Positions 38,489-48,647 of a stretch of 64,000 nt of DNA are shown piece by piece. The position numbers were made by a program, and so were the translations under genes. Below the pieces are notes generated by a model. The model ran no database searches, was not told the DNA's origin, and saw only the letters and a program-made list of their open reading frames with translations. The stretch's first letter is position 1. Every line of letters begins with the position of its first letter. Origin of the DNA: Candidatus Binatia bacterium (GTDB lineage: Bacteria; Desulfobacterota; Binatia; Bin18); contig CAXXHG010000043.1 in the NCBI GenBank assembly GCA_963666315.2, positions 576,001-640,000 on the forward strand, given 5' to 3'.

Positions 38489-39157
38489 ATGACTCTAGCC
38501 GAGCGCGCACTCGAATTTGTGAAAGACGGTGATGTGGTTGGACTCGGTACGGGCCGGGCGGCAACTGCCTTTGTCCGCGCCCTCGGTATACAAGTCCAGG
38601 CTGGTTTGCAGATTCGCGCTATTCCGACCTCTCAGGTGACCACAGACTTAGCCCGGGAACTTTGCATTCCGCTGACCACATTTGAGTTTGTCGACACGAT
38701 CGACGTTGCCGTGGATGGGGCTGATGAAGTCGATCCGCAACTCAACCTCATAAAGGGCTATGGCGGTGCGCTGGTGCGCGAAAAAATCGTCGCAGTAGCG
38801 GCGAAGCAATTTGTTGTTCTGGTTGGAACAGAAAAACTGGTCTCTGTTCTGGGCGGGCGGGGCAGACTGCCGGTTGAGGTTGTCCCATTTGGAGTGGCAA
38901 CCTGCCTGCGACGTCTGCGCACTTTATCCTGCGCGCCCACTGCACGCCAAACCGAAACCGGACTGTTTGTGTCCGACAACGGCAATGCCATCATTGATTG
39001 TGAAATCAGTAGCATTGCAAATCCAGCCCAGTTCGAACAGAAAATCCTGTCGATTCCCGGCGTCGTTGGTACTGGACTGTTTGTCGGCATGGCGCATACC
39101 GTCCTTGTCCAGGATGGGGAAACCGTCCAGGTGCGAGAACGCAACCAACTAGGATAA
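38489..39157 (+). CDS. rpiA: Ribose-5-phosphate isomerase A
   Basis: GLGTG, DGADEVD, IKGYGGAL.REK, LPVEV, SDNGN, IPGVV. Confidence 0.93.
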   Translation: MTLAERALEFVKDGDVVGLGTGRAATAFVRALGIQVQAGLQIRAIPTSQVTTDLARELCIPLTTFEFVDTIDVAVDGADEVDPQLNLIKGYGGALVREKIVAVAAKQFVVLVGTEKLVSVLGGRGRLPVEVVPFGVATCLRRLRTLSCAPTARQTETGLFVSDNGNAIIDCEISSIANPAQFEQKILSIPGVVGTGLFVGMAHTVLVQDGETVQVRERNQLG

Positions 39158-39267
39158 CGACAGAGCCCTGACTATCGAGAGAATAGACACATGCACATAG
39201 TGCAAAGAGGCGGGAGCACGATATGGCAGCGCTTCCGTGTAACTGCCGACTGAGAGGAGTCCGTGTT

Positions 39268-40245
39268 ATGCAACTGGGTATGATTGGTTTAGGCCGTATG
39301 GGAGGAAACATGGTGCGCCGGCTGATACGCGGCGGGCATGAGTGTGTTGTATATGCAAGAAACCCGGACAGTGTCAAACAGTTTGAACAGGAGGGCGCTA
39401 GCGGTGCCTCTTCGCTGGAAGACTTTGTGCAGAAACTGACTCCACCACGAGCCGCTTGGGTGATGATTCCTGCCGGCGCCGCGACGGATAAAACCGTGGG
39501 CGCACTTGCTGAGAAAATGGACGCGGGCGACATCATTATTGATGGTGGCAACTCCAACTTTAAAGATGACATCCGGCGTGCCAAAGAACTGCGCCCCAAA
39601 GGCATCCATTACGTTGACACTGGTACAAGCGGGGGGGTGTGGGGTATGGAGCGCGGATATTGCCTCATGATCGGCGGCGACAAAGAGTCGGTGCAACGGC
39701 TTGATCCCATTTTTCGGACGCTCGCACCCGGCGAAGGTGATATCCCCAAGACGCCTGGCCGTGAGAATATGAAGGGGACAGCCGAGGACGGCTATCTGCA
39801 CTGTGGTTCGGCTGGCGCCGGTCATTTTGTCAAAATGATCCATAACGGCATTGAGTATGGACTGATGCAAGCCTATGCCGAGGGCTTTGACATTCTGCGT
39901 GGTGCGAGTGCCGAAGGATTAGAATATCAGTACGGGTTGAATTTACCGGATATCGCGGAATTGTGGCGCCGGGGCAGCGTAGTCGGATCGTGGTTGCTAG
40001 ACTTGACGGCCATGGCGCTTGCCGAAAGTCCGGAGTTGGCAGACTTCTCTGGCGAGGTCCAAGATTCCGGTGAGGGCCGCTGGACGGTTGAAGCGGCGAT
40101 TGAGGAAGCTGTGCCGGCTGATGTCCTGTCTGCAGCGTTGTACACGCGTTTTCGCTCGCGACAGTCCCACACCTTTGCCGAAAAAGTCCTGTCGGCCATG
40201 CGGTTTAAGTTTGGCGGACACGTAGAGCCGCCTAAGGCGGGCTAG
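39268..40245 (+). CDS. gnd: 6-phosphogluconate dehydrogenase, decarboxylating (short form)
   Basis: [52 protein letters not shown]. Confidence 0.93.
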   Translation: MQLGMIGLGRMGGNMVRRLIRGGHECVVYARNPDSVKQFEQEGASGASSLEDFVQKLTPPRAAWVMIPAGAATDKTVGALAEKMDAGDIIIDGGNSNFKDDIRRAKELRPKGIHYVDTGTSGGVWGMERGYCLMIGGDKESVQRLDPIFRTLAPGEGDIPKTPGRENMKGTAEDGYLHCGSAGAGHFVKMIHNGIEYGLMQAYAEGFDILRGASAEGLEYQYGLNLPDIAELWRRGSVVGSWLLDLTAMALAESPELADFSGEVQDSGEGRWTVEAAIEEAVPADVLSAALYTRFRSRQSHTFAEKVLSAMRFKFGGHVEPPKAG

Positions 40246-40318
40246 CATCCTGCTCGTTCTGTCCTTGACGGATGCCTCCACTTCAACCGCTACGAGCAAA
40301 TAACGAGGATACCGCAGT

Positions 40319-41953
40319 ATGGATATGGAGACGGGAGTGAAAGCTAAAGTTCATGTGACCAGTAAGAGTAATGGAGATCCTGGCTCTGAACTTTTTCGAG
40401 CCAAAGATCCTTTTACCTTGGTCATTTTTGGCGCGTCCGGCGACTTGAGCCGCCGAAAATTGATCCCCGCCCTCTACCATTTGAACGCGACAGGCTATTT
40501 GCCTGACCGCTACGCGGTGGTCGGCTTCTCCCGGACAGAGATGACGGATGATGCCTACCGCGACACCATGCTCGGGGCGCTCCAGGAGCACGTTGACGCC
40601 GGCTCCAGCGCCGTGCAAGCGGATAATGCCTTAGTCCAATCGCTATACTACCATCCAGGCAACAACGACAATCTGGAATCCTTCACGGCACTCAAAGCGA
40701 AGCTCGACGCGATTGAGGCGGAACGCAACTTGCCCGGTAATCGCCTCTTTTATTTGTCGGTTGCGCCGGAGTTCTTTATCACCGTTATCCGGAATTTATG
40801 CGAAGCCGACCTCATCCGCGACAAAAACGCCGATACCTGGTCTCGCATCATCATCGAAAAACCGTTTGGTCATGATTTGGACAGCGCCCAGACGCTGAAT
40901 ACGGATGTCACGGCGTTACTGGATGAGAGCCAGATTTACCGTATTGACCACTACCTGGGCAAAGAGACGGTTCAGAATATTCTCAGCTTCCGCTTTGGGA
41001 ATTCGATCTTTGAGCCGCTGTTTGATCAAAAATATGTGGACAATGTCCAAATCTCTGTGGCCGAAACCCTGGGCATGGAAGGTCGACGAGGTGCATACTA
41101 CGATACCGCTGGCGCCATGCGGGACATGGTTCAGAACCATATGCTGCAGCTGCTGTGTTTAATTGCTATGGAGCCGCCGTCTGCGTTAGACTCACATTCG
41201 ATCCGAGATGAAAAAGTGAAAGTCTTGCGCGCCCTCATCCCGCTGTCCCGTAAAGAAGTGGCAGCTTCGACGGTCCGTGGTCAGTATGGGGTTGGAGAAA
41301 AAGAGGGTGAGGTGGTGAAGGGCTATCGCCAGGAAGAAGGTGTTGATCCGCACTCGACAACGGAAACCTATGTGGCGCTGCGGACCAAGATCGACAACTG
41401 GCGCTGGGCAGGCGTACCGTTCTTGCTGCGCTCCGGCAAACGGCTGCCTAAGCGTGTGTCCGAAATTGCGGTTGAGTTCAAACAACCGCCTCTGCACCTC
41501 TACCGCCAGCTCACCAACGATGACGATCTTGCACCGCCCAAGCCCAAGTCCAATGTGCTGGTGATGCGCATCCAGCCAGACGAGGGGATCAGCCTGGCCT
41601 TTGCGTGCAAGCGTCCGGGCATGCGGATTCAGCTGGAAGAAGTGAATATGAATTTTTTCTATCATACCTTTCAGCAGCGTTCGCCGGAAGCCTATGAGCG
41701 ACTGCTGCTGGATGCACTCCGCGGTGATGCCTCGCTCTTTACGCGCTCGGACGAGGTGGAGTATGCGTGGCGATTTATTTCGTCCATCCACGAAGGCTGG
41801 GCAAATTTGCCGCCGCCGAAATTTCCGAATTATTATCCTTTTACCGATGGCCCTGATGAAGCCAACCGGTTGCTGGAAGGCAGCCAGGCCGAATGGCGGT
41901 CCTTGAGTGGGAGTCGTTACTCTAAATCTCTCAACGGGATGAGCCCACCATGA
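40319..41953 (+). CDS. zwf: Glucose-6-phosphate 1-dehydrogenase
   Basis: FGASGDL..RKL.PAL, EKPFG, RIDHYLGKE, RDMVQNH, NWRWAGVPF. Confidence 0.95.
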   Translation: MDMETGVKAKVHVTSKSNGDPGSELFRAKDPFTLVIFGASGDLSRRKLIPALYHLNATGYLPDRYAVVGFSRTEMTDDAYRDTMLGALQEHVDAGSSAVQADNALVQSLYYHPGNNDNLESFTALKAKLDAIEAERNLPGNRLFYLSVAPEFFITVIRNLCEADLIRDKNADTWSRIIIEKPFGHDLDSAQTLNTDVTALLDESQIYRIDHYLGKETVQNILSFRFGNSIFEPLFDQKYVDNVQISVAETLGMEGRRGAYYDTAGAMRDMVQNHMLQLLCLIAMEPPSALDSHSIRDEKVKVLRALIPLSRKEVAASTVRGQYGVGEKEGEVVKGYRQEEGVDPHSTTETYVALRTKIDNWRWAGVPFLLRSGKRLPKRVSEIAVEFKQPPLHLYRQLTNDDDLAPPKPKSNVLVMRIQPDEGISLAFACKRPGMRIQLEEVNMNFFYHTFQQRSPEAYERLLLDALRGDASLFTRSDEVEYAWRFISSIHEGWANLPPPKFPNYYPFTDGPDEANRLLEGSQAEWRSLSGSRYSKSLNGMSPP

Positions 41954-42942
41954 CGATCTATGTGCTTGCCGGGGACATTGGTGGAACGAAGACCAATCTC
42001 GCACTCTATGCAGTCGAGGAGCCGCAGCGCGTCGTCCTCGTCCGTGAAGCGTCTTTCCCAAGTGCTGACTATGACGGACTTGAAGGAGTCATCGACGACT
42101 TCCGCCAGGCTGGACAAGAATCGATAGCAGCCGGGGCCTTTGGTATTGCTGGACCCGTACTCGACGGCAAGGTAGTGGCAACGAATCTGCCCTGGGAGGT
42201 GGAGACCCCAAACCTGCGCAAAATATTGGACGGCGGCCAGGTCCGTCTGATGAACGATCTTGAAACCACAGCCTATGGCGCGCTTTTCCTAGCGGACGAA
42301 GAAATTCACATCCTGAATGCGGGCAATCCCAGATGTGGCAACTGTGCAATCATTGCCGCAGGGACCGGCCTTGGTCAAGCCTTTCTCTTTTGGGACGGGC
42401 AACGCTATATTCCTACTGCTACTGAAGGCGGACATGTGGATTTTTCCCCTCGGGACGAAAAAGAAGTCGAACTCCTCCACTTTTTAAAAAAGCAATATAA
42501 TGGCCGGGTGTCCTATGAACGGGTGCTCTCTGGTCCAGGACTTGTCGGTATTTTTCAATTCCTTGACCAAGGTCTCAACCGGTCGACTCGTGCGGAAATT
42601 CGAGCGCGTATGCAGGCTGAAGACCCTGCAGCAGTTATTGGCGAAGCGGGCGTGTCTGGTACCTGTGGCGTCTGTACTGAAGCCGTAGACATGTTTGTGA
42701 GTTTGTATGGTGCCCAGGCCGGAAATCTGGCGCTGACTGTGATGAGCGTTGGTGGCGTATATATTGGCGGTGGTATTGTGACCAAGATGTTATCCAAGAT
42801 GACGTCCGGTCTATTTATGGACGCTTTTGTTGACAAAGGGCGCTTTGCCCAACTCTTACGAGACATGCCGGTTCGCATCATCCTCAACCCCAAAGCCGCC
42901 CAAGTCGGTGCCGCACACGCGGCGCGGGAGTTGCTGAGCTAG
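41950..42942 (+). CDS. glk: Glucokinase
   Basis: LAGDIGGTKT, GIAGPV, LMND, GTGLG, TEGGH, ERVLSGPG, GGVYIGGGI. Confidence 0.92.
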   Translation: MTIYVLAGDIGGTKTNLALYAVEEPQRVVLVREASFPSADYDGLEGVIDDFRQAGQESIAAGAFGIAGPVLDGKVVATNLPWEVETPNLRKILDGGQVRLMNDLETTAYGALFLADEEIHILNAGNPRCGNCAIIAAGTGLGQAFLFWDGQRYIPTATEGGHVDFSPRDEKEVELLHFLKKQYNGRVSYERVLSGPGLVGIFQFLDQGLNRSTRAEIRARMQAEDPAAVIGEAGVSGTCGVCTEAVDMFVSLYGAQAGNLALTVMSVGGVYIGGGIVTKMLSKMTSGLFMDAFVDKGRFAQLLRDMPVRIILNPKAAQVGAAHAARELLS

Positions 42943-43014
42943 GTCCGCGTCGACGAACCCTGTGCTTTTCCGTTGTCCTTCTCAGTTGGGAGGGAGTCTA
43001 GAGGCCCTCAGAAA

Positions 43015-43752
43015 ATGGCAAACGTCCACATCTGCACAGATAAAAACGTCCTCTTCTCTCAAGCCGCAGACCTCTTTGTGAAGTTAGCGAACGAGGCGAT
43101 TACCTCCAGAGGGCGATTCTGTGTTGCGCTGTCTGGTGGCTCGACGCCACGAGGCGTCCACACCCTGCTCGCGAGCGAGGCGTACCGCCAGACAGTTGCC
43201 TGGCAGAAGGTGTATTGTTTTTGGGGCGATGAACGCTGCGTAGCACCAACCCATAAGGACAGCAATTACCGTATGGCCGACGAAACATTGCTCTCGCAGG
43301 TGCCTATCCCACAAGAGAACGTGCATCGGATTAGGGCCGAACGTGACCCTGCTGAGGCGGCAAACTGCTATGAACAGACGCTGCGGCAGGTGTTTGGCGT
43401 ACATACTGGAACACAACCCCAATTCGATCTGGTCTTTTTGGGTATGGGCGCTGATGGACATACCGCCTCGCTGTTTCCGGGCACCCCTGCGTTGCACGCT
43501 GAGGACCACTTGGTCACCGCTCATTTTGTTGAAAAGCTCGATGCCTGGAGAGTCACGCTCACTGCTGCAATGATTAACAACTCCGCCTATATCGCCTTTC
43601 TCGTTGCCGGGGAAGATAAGGCCGCAACGCTCAAAGCGGTAGTCGAAGGTGACGGCCAACCAGAGCAATACCCCTCTCAGCTTATCCAACCGACGTACGG
43701 CCGTTTGTTATGGTTGGTCGATCAGGCTGCGGCAGGTCAACTTTCATTATAA
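43015..43752 (+). CDS. pgl: 6-phosphogluconolactonase
   Basis: ALSGGSTP, WGDERCV, SNY, LGMGADGHTASLFP. Confidence 0.93.
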   Translation: MANVHICTDKNVLFSQAADLFVKLANEAITSRGRFCVALSGGSTPRGVHTLLASEAYRQTVAWQKVYCFWGDERCVAPTHKDSNYRMADETLLSQVPIPQENVHRIRAERDPAEAANCYEQTLRQVFGVHTGTQPQFDLVFLGMGADGHTASLFPGTPALHAEDHLVTAHFVEKLDAWRVTLTAAMINNSAYIAFLVAGEDKAATLKAVVEGDGQPEQYPSQLIQPTYGRLLWLVDQAAAGQLSL

Positions 43753-45237
43753 ATTCCGGGGAGGAGAATGGTCCCTAGATATCATTCTTTCTGCGGTATG
43801 TATCTCATACACATACCATAACTTAGTCCGCTCAACCCAGTTATTAAAGTTCAATTCTTTTATCCACTCGGGCAATGTACTGTATATTAATGTATATGTA
43901 TACCCAGTCTCTCTTATAGAATCTGGATTTCTGGTGACGAACAAACACGGCCGATCGCTACCCAAGTCGATCTCATTAATTGAGCGAATTTCGCGCATTT
44001 CTAAATTACTACGTCTATAAAAAATGATCTCTAATTGTACTCTTTGGTAAGGGCTGCTTTTAATATAATATAACGTAGTTGGGGCGTGATAGTTATCGAA
44101 TATTGTCTTGTACAAATACGTGTTGGCATCCGCCGGACGAAAAGCTATAATTATCAAAAATACAATATTTATGGCCCAGAATATATGGGTAAATCTTCTG
44201 AATAAAGTCGTCTTGAGCAAGTTGCTGAACCATCTATTCTGTATTATCTCAATAGATTTTATAATTAATATAGGAACAAAACAGATTATTGGAAATAAGT
44301 AGCGAGTTTCTTTGTGGCCGATGATGCTCTGAATTATGATAAAAGGAAGGATGGTCCAAATAATGACCTCTTTTCTTTTATATATCAAAACGATGAGCAG
44401 GCTCAGAATACATATAATACTAATGGGAGGGATAGCTTTAATAAAAACGGCTTCAAAGTAATACCACCAGGATTTAACACCAAATTCTGACAGTTTGTCT
44501 AATACAATACCCTGCTCAAAATAATTCCACGCCGTCAGCGTCCAGTCACAATAATACCACCGGTCTATCAATATGCCGAGGGTGATTGCGAATAGTATAC
44601 CCGAACTCATCAGGATTAAATGGACTAGTTTCTGTCTATTGATAAAGAGGAGCCAGAGCATAAATCCAGCGATGAGCAGGCCGACTTGATATCTAAATAA
44701 AAAAGCCAGACCAAAGAGGATGCCAATCAAGAGGTAATGTAATTTGCTTTTCGCCTCCTTTAGAAAAAATAGCGAATACGCTATTAAGAAAATCGAACTA
44801 GACCAATTTTCTGAAGAGAATCTTACGTTAGTATATACCGCAAACCATAAGAGGAAAGATAATAGTAAAAACCATTTCTGCAGTAATACATCCTCTATTT
44901 CTCGTCGATATACTCTATAAAAGAGGTGTATACTCAGAAAAGAAATGAGTCCGGACAGGATTCTCAGAAATATAGCTATCGTAAACGGATTCGTTATTTT
45001 TACTACGCTGAGAAGTGAGTAAACCAATACGACGATTGCCGGCTGTATTGCCGCACGCGTCTGATAGTGATACTCCCAAGCTAAATCGTCTGCCTGCGTC
45101 AGGCCTAATTTGAGGCCTGCAAATTCTAAAAGGTGAAAATGTTCATCAAATTGATGATATCCCACAGAAAACAGTGCCGTAATGAGCAATATTATTGCGC
45201 TGAAGAGATAGACGAATTTATCCTCCATAGTATGCAT
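43747..45237 (-). CDS. GT-C membrane glycosyltransferase, Alg9/PIG-B-like (GT22) mannosyltransferase; visibly AT-rich
   Basis: GYHQFDEHF..LE, LAWEY, R.SSE, GHKETRYLFP, many TM helices. Confidence 0.75.
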   Translation of the reverse strand: MHTMEDKFVYLFSAIILLITALFSVGYHQFDEHFHLLEFAGLKLGLTQADDLAWEYHYQTRAAIQPAIVVLVYSLLSVVKITNPFTIAIFLRILSGLISFLSIHLFYRVYRREIEDVLLQKWFLLLSFLLWFAVYTNVRFSSENWSSSIFLIAYSLFFLKEAKSKLHYLLIGILFGLAFLFRYQVGLLIAGFMLWLLFINRQKLVHLILMSSGILFAITLGILIDRWYYCDWTLTAWNYFEQGIVLDKLSEFGVKSWWYYFEAVFIKAIPPISIICILSLLIVLIYKRKEVIIWTILPFIIIQSIIGHKETRYLFPIICFVPILIIKSIEIIQNRWFSNLLKTTLFRRFTHIFWAINIVFLIIIAFRPADANTYLYKTIFDNYHAPTTLYYIKSSPYQRVQLEIIFYRRSNLEMREIRSINEIDLGSDRPCLFVTRNPDSIRETGYTYTLIYSTLPEWIKELNFNNWVERTKLWYVYEIHTAERMISRDHSPPRNL

Positions 45238-45394
45238 AGTATGGCCGTGTTCAATAAGGGGGAGAATACATGGAGCTCCTCGCTTTTACCCCAGCGATGG
45301 AAAGACTGCAAGGAAGTACGTTTTGGACATGGTATGATGTCCTCAGTCCACGCGATTCTTGGAGTTGCTCCAGGAAGGGTTAAGGGAAGAGTAT

Positions 45395-46165
45395 ATGCCA
45401 GCCAATTACGTCATCGACATGGACGGTGTGATTTATCTAGGCAACGAGATCCTGCCTGGAGCGAAGACCTTTATTGACCGACTAACCAAGGGCAATCACC
45501 GGTTCACGTTTTTGACGAATAGTTCGGGCCGCACGCCTGCCGGCTTGCAACAAAAATTGAGCAAAATGGGTATCGAGGTCGACATCGAACACTTCTTTAC
45601 CTCAGCCTTGGCAACCGCCGATTTCGTAAGTAGCCAAATCCCACGTGGCAGGGCCTACATCATTGGTGGAGACGGTTTGCGGGACGCATTGGAAGAGGTG
45701 GGGTATACCATCACCGACGAACACGTTGATTATGTCATTATCGGTACGACCCGCACGTATAACTACGACCGCATGGAGAAGGCGGTCAAACTCGTCCAAG
45801 AAGGTGCTCGGCTCATTGGCACCAATCCCGATGTCACGGGTCCCTCGGAGCACGGCATCATTCCTGCTTGTGGAGCACTCGTCGCTCCCATCCAGCTCGT
45901 CACCGGGGTACATCCTTATTTTGTAGGCAAACCTAATCCGCTTATGATGCGCACCGCCCTACGCCGCATCGGCGCCCACTCTGCGGATACCTTCATGGTC
46001 GGAGACCGTATGGATACCGACATGATCGCCGGTACCGAAGTCGGCATGCGGACTATCCTTGTGCTCTCGGGTGTGACTGCGCGTGAGGATATTGAAGCGT
46101 ATGCCTTTCGACCGGACTACGTATTTGAGCACGTAGGCGAGATCCCGGTTGAGACGATGACTTGA
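45395..46165 (+). CDS. nagD: HAD-IIA (NagD-like) phosphatase
   Basis: IDMDGVIY, LTNSS, TNPD, GKPNP, VGDRMDTD, VLSG. Confidence 0.85.
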   Translation: MPANYVIDMDGVIYLGNEILPGAKTFIDRLTKGNHRFTFLTNSSGRTPAGLQQKLSKMGIEVDIEHFFTSALATADFVSSQIPRGRAYIIGGDGLRDALEEVGYTITDEHVDYVIIGTTRTYNYDRMEKAVKLVQEGARLIGTNPDVTGPSEHGIIPACGALVAPIQLVTGVHPYFVGKPNPLMMRTALRRIGAHSADTFMVGDRMDTDMIAGTEVGMRTILVLSGVTAREDIEAYAFRPDYVFEHVGEIPVETMT

Positions 46166-46298
46166 TCGGCTCTGCCTCAATAGCTACCGTAGCAAAAGGC
46201 ATCTTCCTCACCTGACGAAGAAGATGCCCGCCTAAGCGTTGCTGCCTGAGAGTCCGCTCACTATCGTCTTCAGAACCTTCACTAATAATGAGGAGTGC

Positions 46299-47393
46299 AT
46301 GTCAGATCCCGGAGTAGAGCTCTCCATCATAGTGCCTACCTATAACGAAAAGGAGAATATCTCTGAGCTGGTTTCCCGGATAGACACCTGTCTGGCGAAC
46401 CAGTCGTGGGAAGTCATATTTGTAGACGACGATTCTCCTGACGGGACGGCAGACCTGGTGCGCGCACTGGCTCGGGATGATCACCGTATTCGTTGTATAC
46501 AGCGCATCAACCGGAGGGGTCTGTCTTCCGCATGTATCGAAGGTATGCTTGCCAGCTCTGCTCCCTACCTCGCCGTTATGGATGCCGACCTGCAACATGA
46601 CGAGCGGTTACTGCAGCAGATGCTGGAAACGTTGAAAGAAGAGGGGTTTGATCTCGCTGTGGGGAGTCGCTACTCCGCCGGAGGGGGCGTGGGTAACTGG
46701 GATCCGGTGCGTACCCGTATGAGCCGCTGGGCAACCAGACTCAGTCGCATGGTGCTCCGGGTTCCTCTCTCCGATCCTATGAGCGGCTTCTTTATGATCC
46801 GTCGCAGTGTTTTCCTCGGCAGGGTGCGTCAACTTTCTGGTGTCGGTTTTAAGATCTTGCTTGATGTCATCGCGTCTTCTCCACAGCAGCTTCAGGTGAA
46901 AGAACTCCCGTATATTTTTCGATCCCGCCAGTTTGGTGAGAGCAAGCTCGACGGACAAGTCGGGTGGGAGTATCTCTTGATGCTGCTTGATAAATTGTTT
47001 GGCCAATGCATTCCTGTCGGATTCCTGTCTTTTGCCCTGGTTGGTGGTCTTGGTGTCGTTGTCCATCTTCTGACCCTTACGTTCTTGTTCGAGGGAATGA
47101 AAATCTCATTTCTCAACAGTCAAATCGTCGCCACCTTTATTGCGATGACCTCTAACTTTGCCTTGAACAACGTGCTGACGTATCGGGACATCCGACTGCG
47201 GGGCTGGCATTGGCTTCAGGGCTGGGCTTCCTTCACTTTCGCCTGCAGCATCGGCGCCTTTGCCAATGTGAGTATCGCTTCCCATTTATTTGAAAAAGGG
47301 ACAATGTGGATTATTGCTGCGCTGGTCGGCATGAGTGTCAGCGCTGTGTGGAATTACGCTATGACCAGGGCGTATACCGGGAAGAAACCGTAG
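46299..47393 (+). CDS. Polyprenol-phosphate mannosyltransferase-like GT2 fused to a GtrA-like domain
   Basis: IVPTYNEKEN, VDDDSPDGT, RGLSSACIEG, VMDADLQH, DPMSGFF, GESKL; C-terminal GtrA FALVG...NF.LNN..TY. Confidence 0.85.
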   Translation: MSDPGVELSIIVPTYNEKENISELVSRIDTCLANQSWEVIFVDDDSPDGTADLVRALARDDHRIRCIQRINRRGLSSACIEGMLASSAPYLAVMDADLQHDERLLQQMLETLKEEGFDLAVGSRYSAGGGVGNWDPVRTRMSRWATRLSRMVLRVPLSDPMSGFFMIRRSVFLGRVRQLSGVGFKILLDVIASSPQQLQVKELPYIFRSRQFGESKLDGQVGWEYLLMLLDKLFGQCIPVGFLSFALVGGLGVVVHLLTLTFLFEGMKISFLNSQIVATFIAMTSNFALNNVLTYRDIRLRGWHWLQGWASFTFACSIGAFANVSIASHLFEKGTMWIIAALVGMSVSAVWNYAMTRAYTGKKP

Positions 47394-47447
47394 GCTGTTT
47401 GAAAAAATTCTCTTTTGCCAAATACGTGTCAAACCTGTCGTTCCGTA

Positions 47448-48623
47448 TTATTGTGTTTTAGAGAAAATCTGCAACACATTGAGCGCGACTGTTCTTTGCT
47501 CAGGGTGGAGAGTCGGAAAGTCCTTCTTCGTCCGGAACGTTACAATGTTTTTTCCAAGATGGAGCCAATCTTGCCTGAGTGGGATCGCATATATGCGCCA
47601 GCCACGATGCAGAAATAAGCGCGCTGCCGCCTGCCCATTGATATCTACCTCTACTGGGTAGCAGGCAAACTCCTGAGACTTAATAAACGGCCGCGCTATG
47701 AACTGCAGTGTATCAACACTCACGTGAGAGAATTGAAGAGCTATATTCGCCTCGCCTCGTTTCGCCCAGGAAATAGGACCCAGAGGTTCACGTGTATGCG
47801 TCTCCCATGCCCCACTTAAACTGTCTAGTGGGGCGCTGCTTCCGAAAGAGAAAGTCAGAAAAGGCGTGTCTTGTACGTAATGGCCTGATGGTAGCGTACT
47901 TCGTAGTCGGGGGAAAAAGTAAAAACATTGGTAGCAGATGAAAGATCCCAGACCTAAAAGAATGATGGCATATCGTTTCCGACAGAAGTACGATGAGATG
48001 GGGAGGGTAAAGAGGAGCCACCCACTCGCAAGCAGGAGACTGCCGATGATATCGCTGAGCCAATGGTGGGCGAGGTAAATACGTTGCCATATAATGACAC
48101 CTGTGAGGGCGAATAACAGTCCGCCGCCACAAAGTTTTAGCCATTTTACGCAGCGGAGGGGATTGAGCAGGACCAGCAGGGTGCCAGTGAGCAGGACCGC
48201 CCCAACCACGTGACCGCTTGGGTAGCTATTGCCTTCCAAAATAGAGGGAATCACGCTGGGCCGGGCACGTTCAAAACCTGTCTTCAGCACTTCACACAGG
48301 AATGTCCCAATAATAACGACCAATGTGGAGTACCATGCTTCAGTCCAATATCTTTGGATGCACATGCGCAAGAGAGCGAGGCAGCCGAGTAGACTGAGAA
48401 AAAAGAGTGGCAGATTTTTTAGTATCGTTGCATAATAATCGAGAGTACAGGAGCGTTGCCCTTGTACCCAATAATACATCGCGGCGTCATAAGAGACGAT
48501 ACTGTCGAGGAAAAATATCTCTCCGAGAGCCAGCACAAAGAGTGCTATTGGCAATACCTCTGGGTGCGCACGCGGATACAGAGAAGGCAGCTTATCCGTT
48601 TCTTCCAAGCTATTGCCTTTCAA
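47448..48623 (-). CDS. PAP2-family lipid phosphatase with a C-terminal soluble extension
   Basis: K..FERARP, SYPSGH, RIYLAHHWLSD. Confidence 0.8.
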   Translation of the reverse strand: MKGNSLEETDKLPSLYPRAHPEVLPIALFVLALGEIFFLDSIVSYDAAMYYWVQGQRSCTLDYYATILKNLPLFFLSLLGCLALLRMCIQRYWTEAWYSTLVVIIGTFLCEVLKTGFERARPSVIPSILEGNSYPSGHVVGAVLLTGTLLVLLNPLRCVKWLKLCGGGLLFALTGVIIWQRIYLAHHWLSDIIGSLLLASGWLLFTLPISSYFCRKRYAIILLGLGSFICYQCFYFFPRLRSTLPSGHYVQDTPFLTFSFGSSAPLDSLSGAWETHTREPLGPISWAKRGEANIALQFSHVSVDTLQFIARPFIKSQEFACYPVEVDINGQAAARLFLHRGWRIYAIPLRQDWLHLGKNIVTFRTKKDFPTLHPEQRTVALNVLQIFSKTQ

Positions 48624-48647
48624 GGAGAAGCACGAAGGGTGAGGATG

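Noticed and set aside
41192-42061. Long antisense ORFs (for example 289 aa here and 228 aa at 2090-2776)
   Set aside because: Shadow frames opposite well-supported genes, expected at this GC content.
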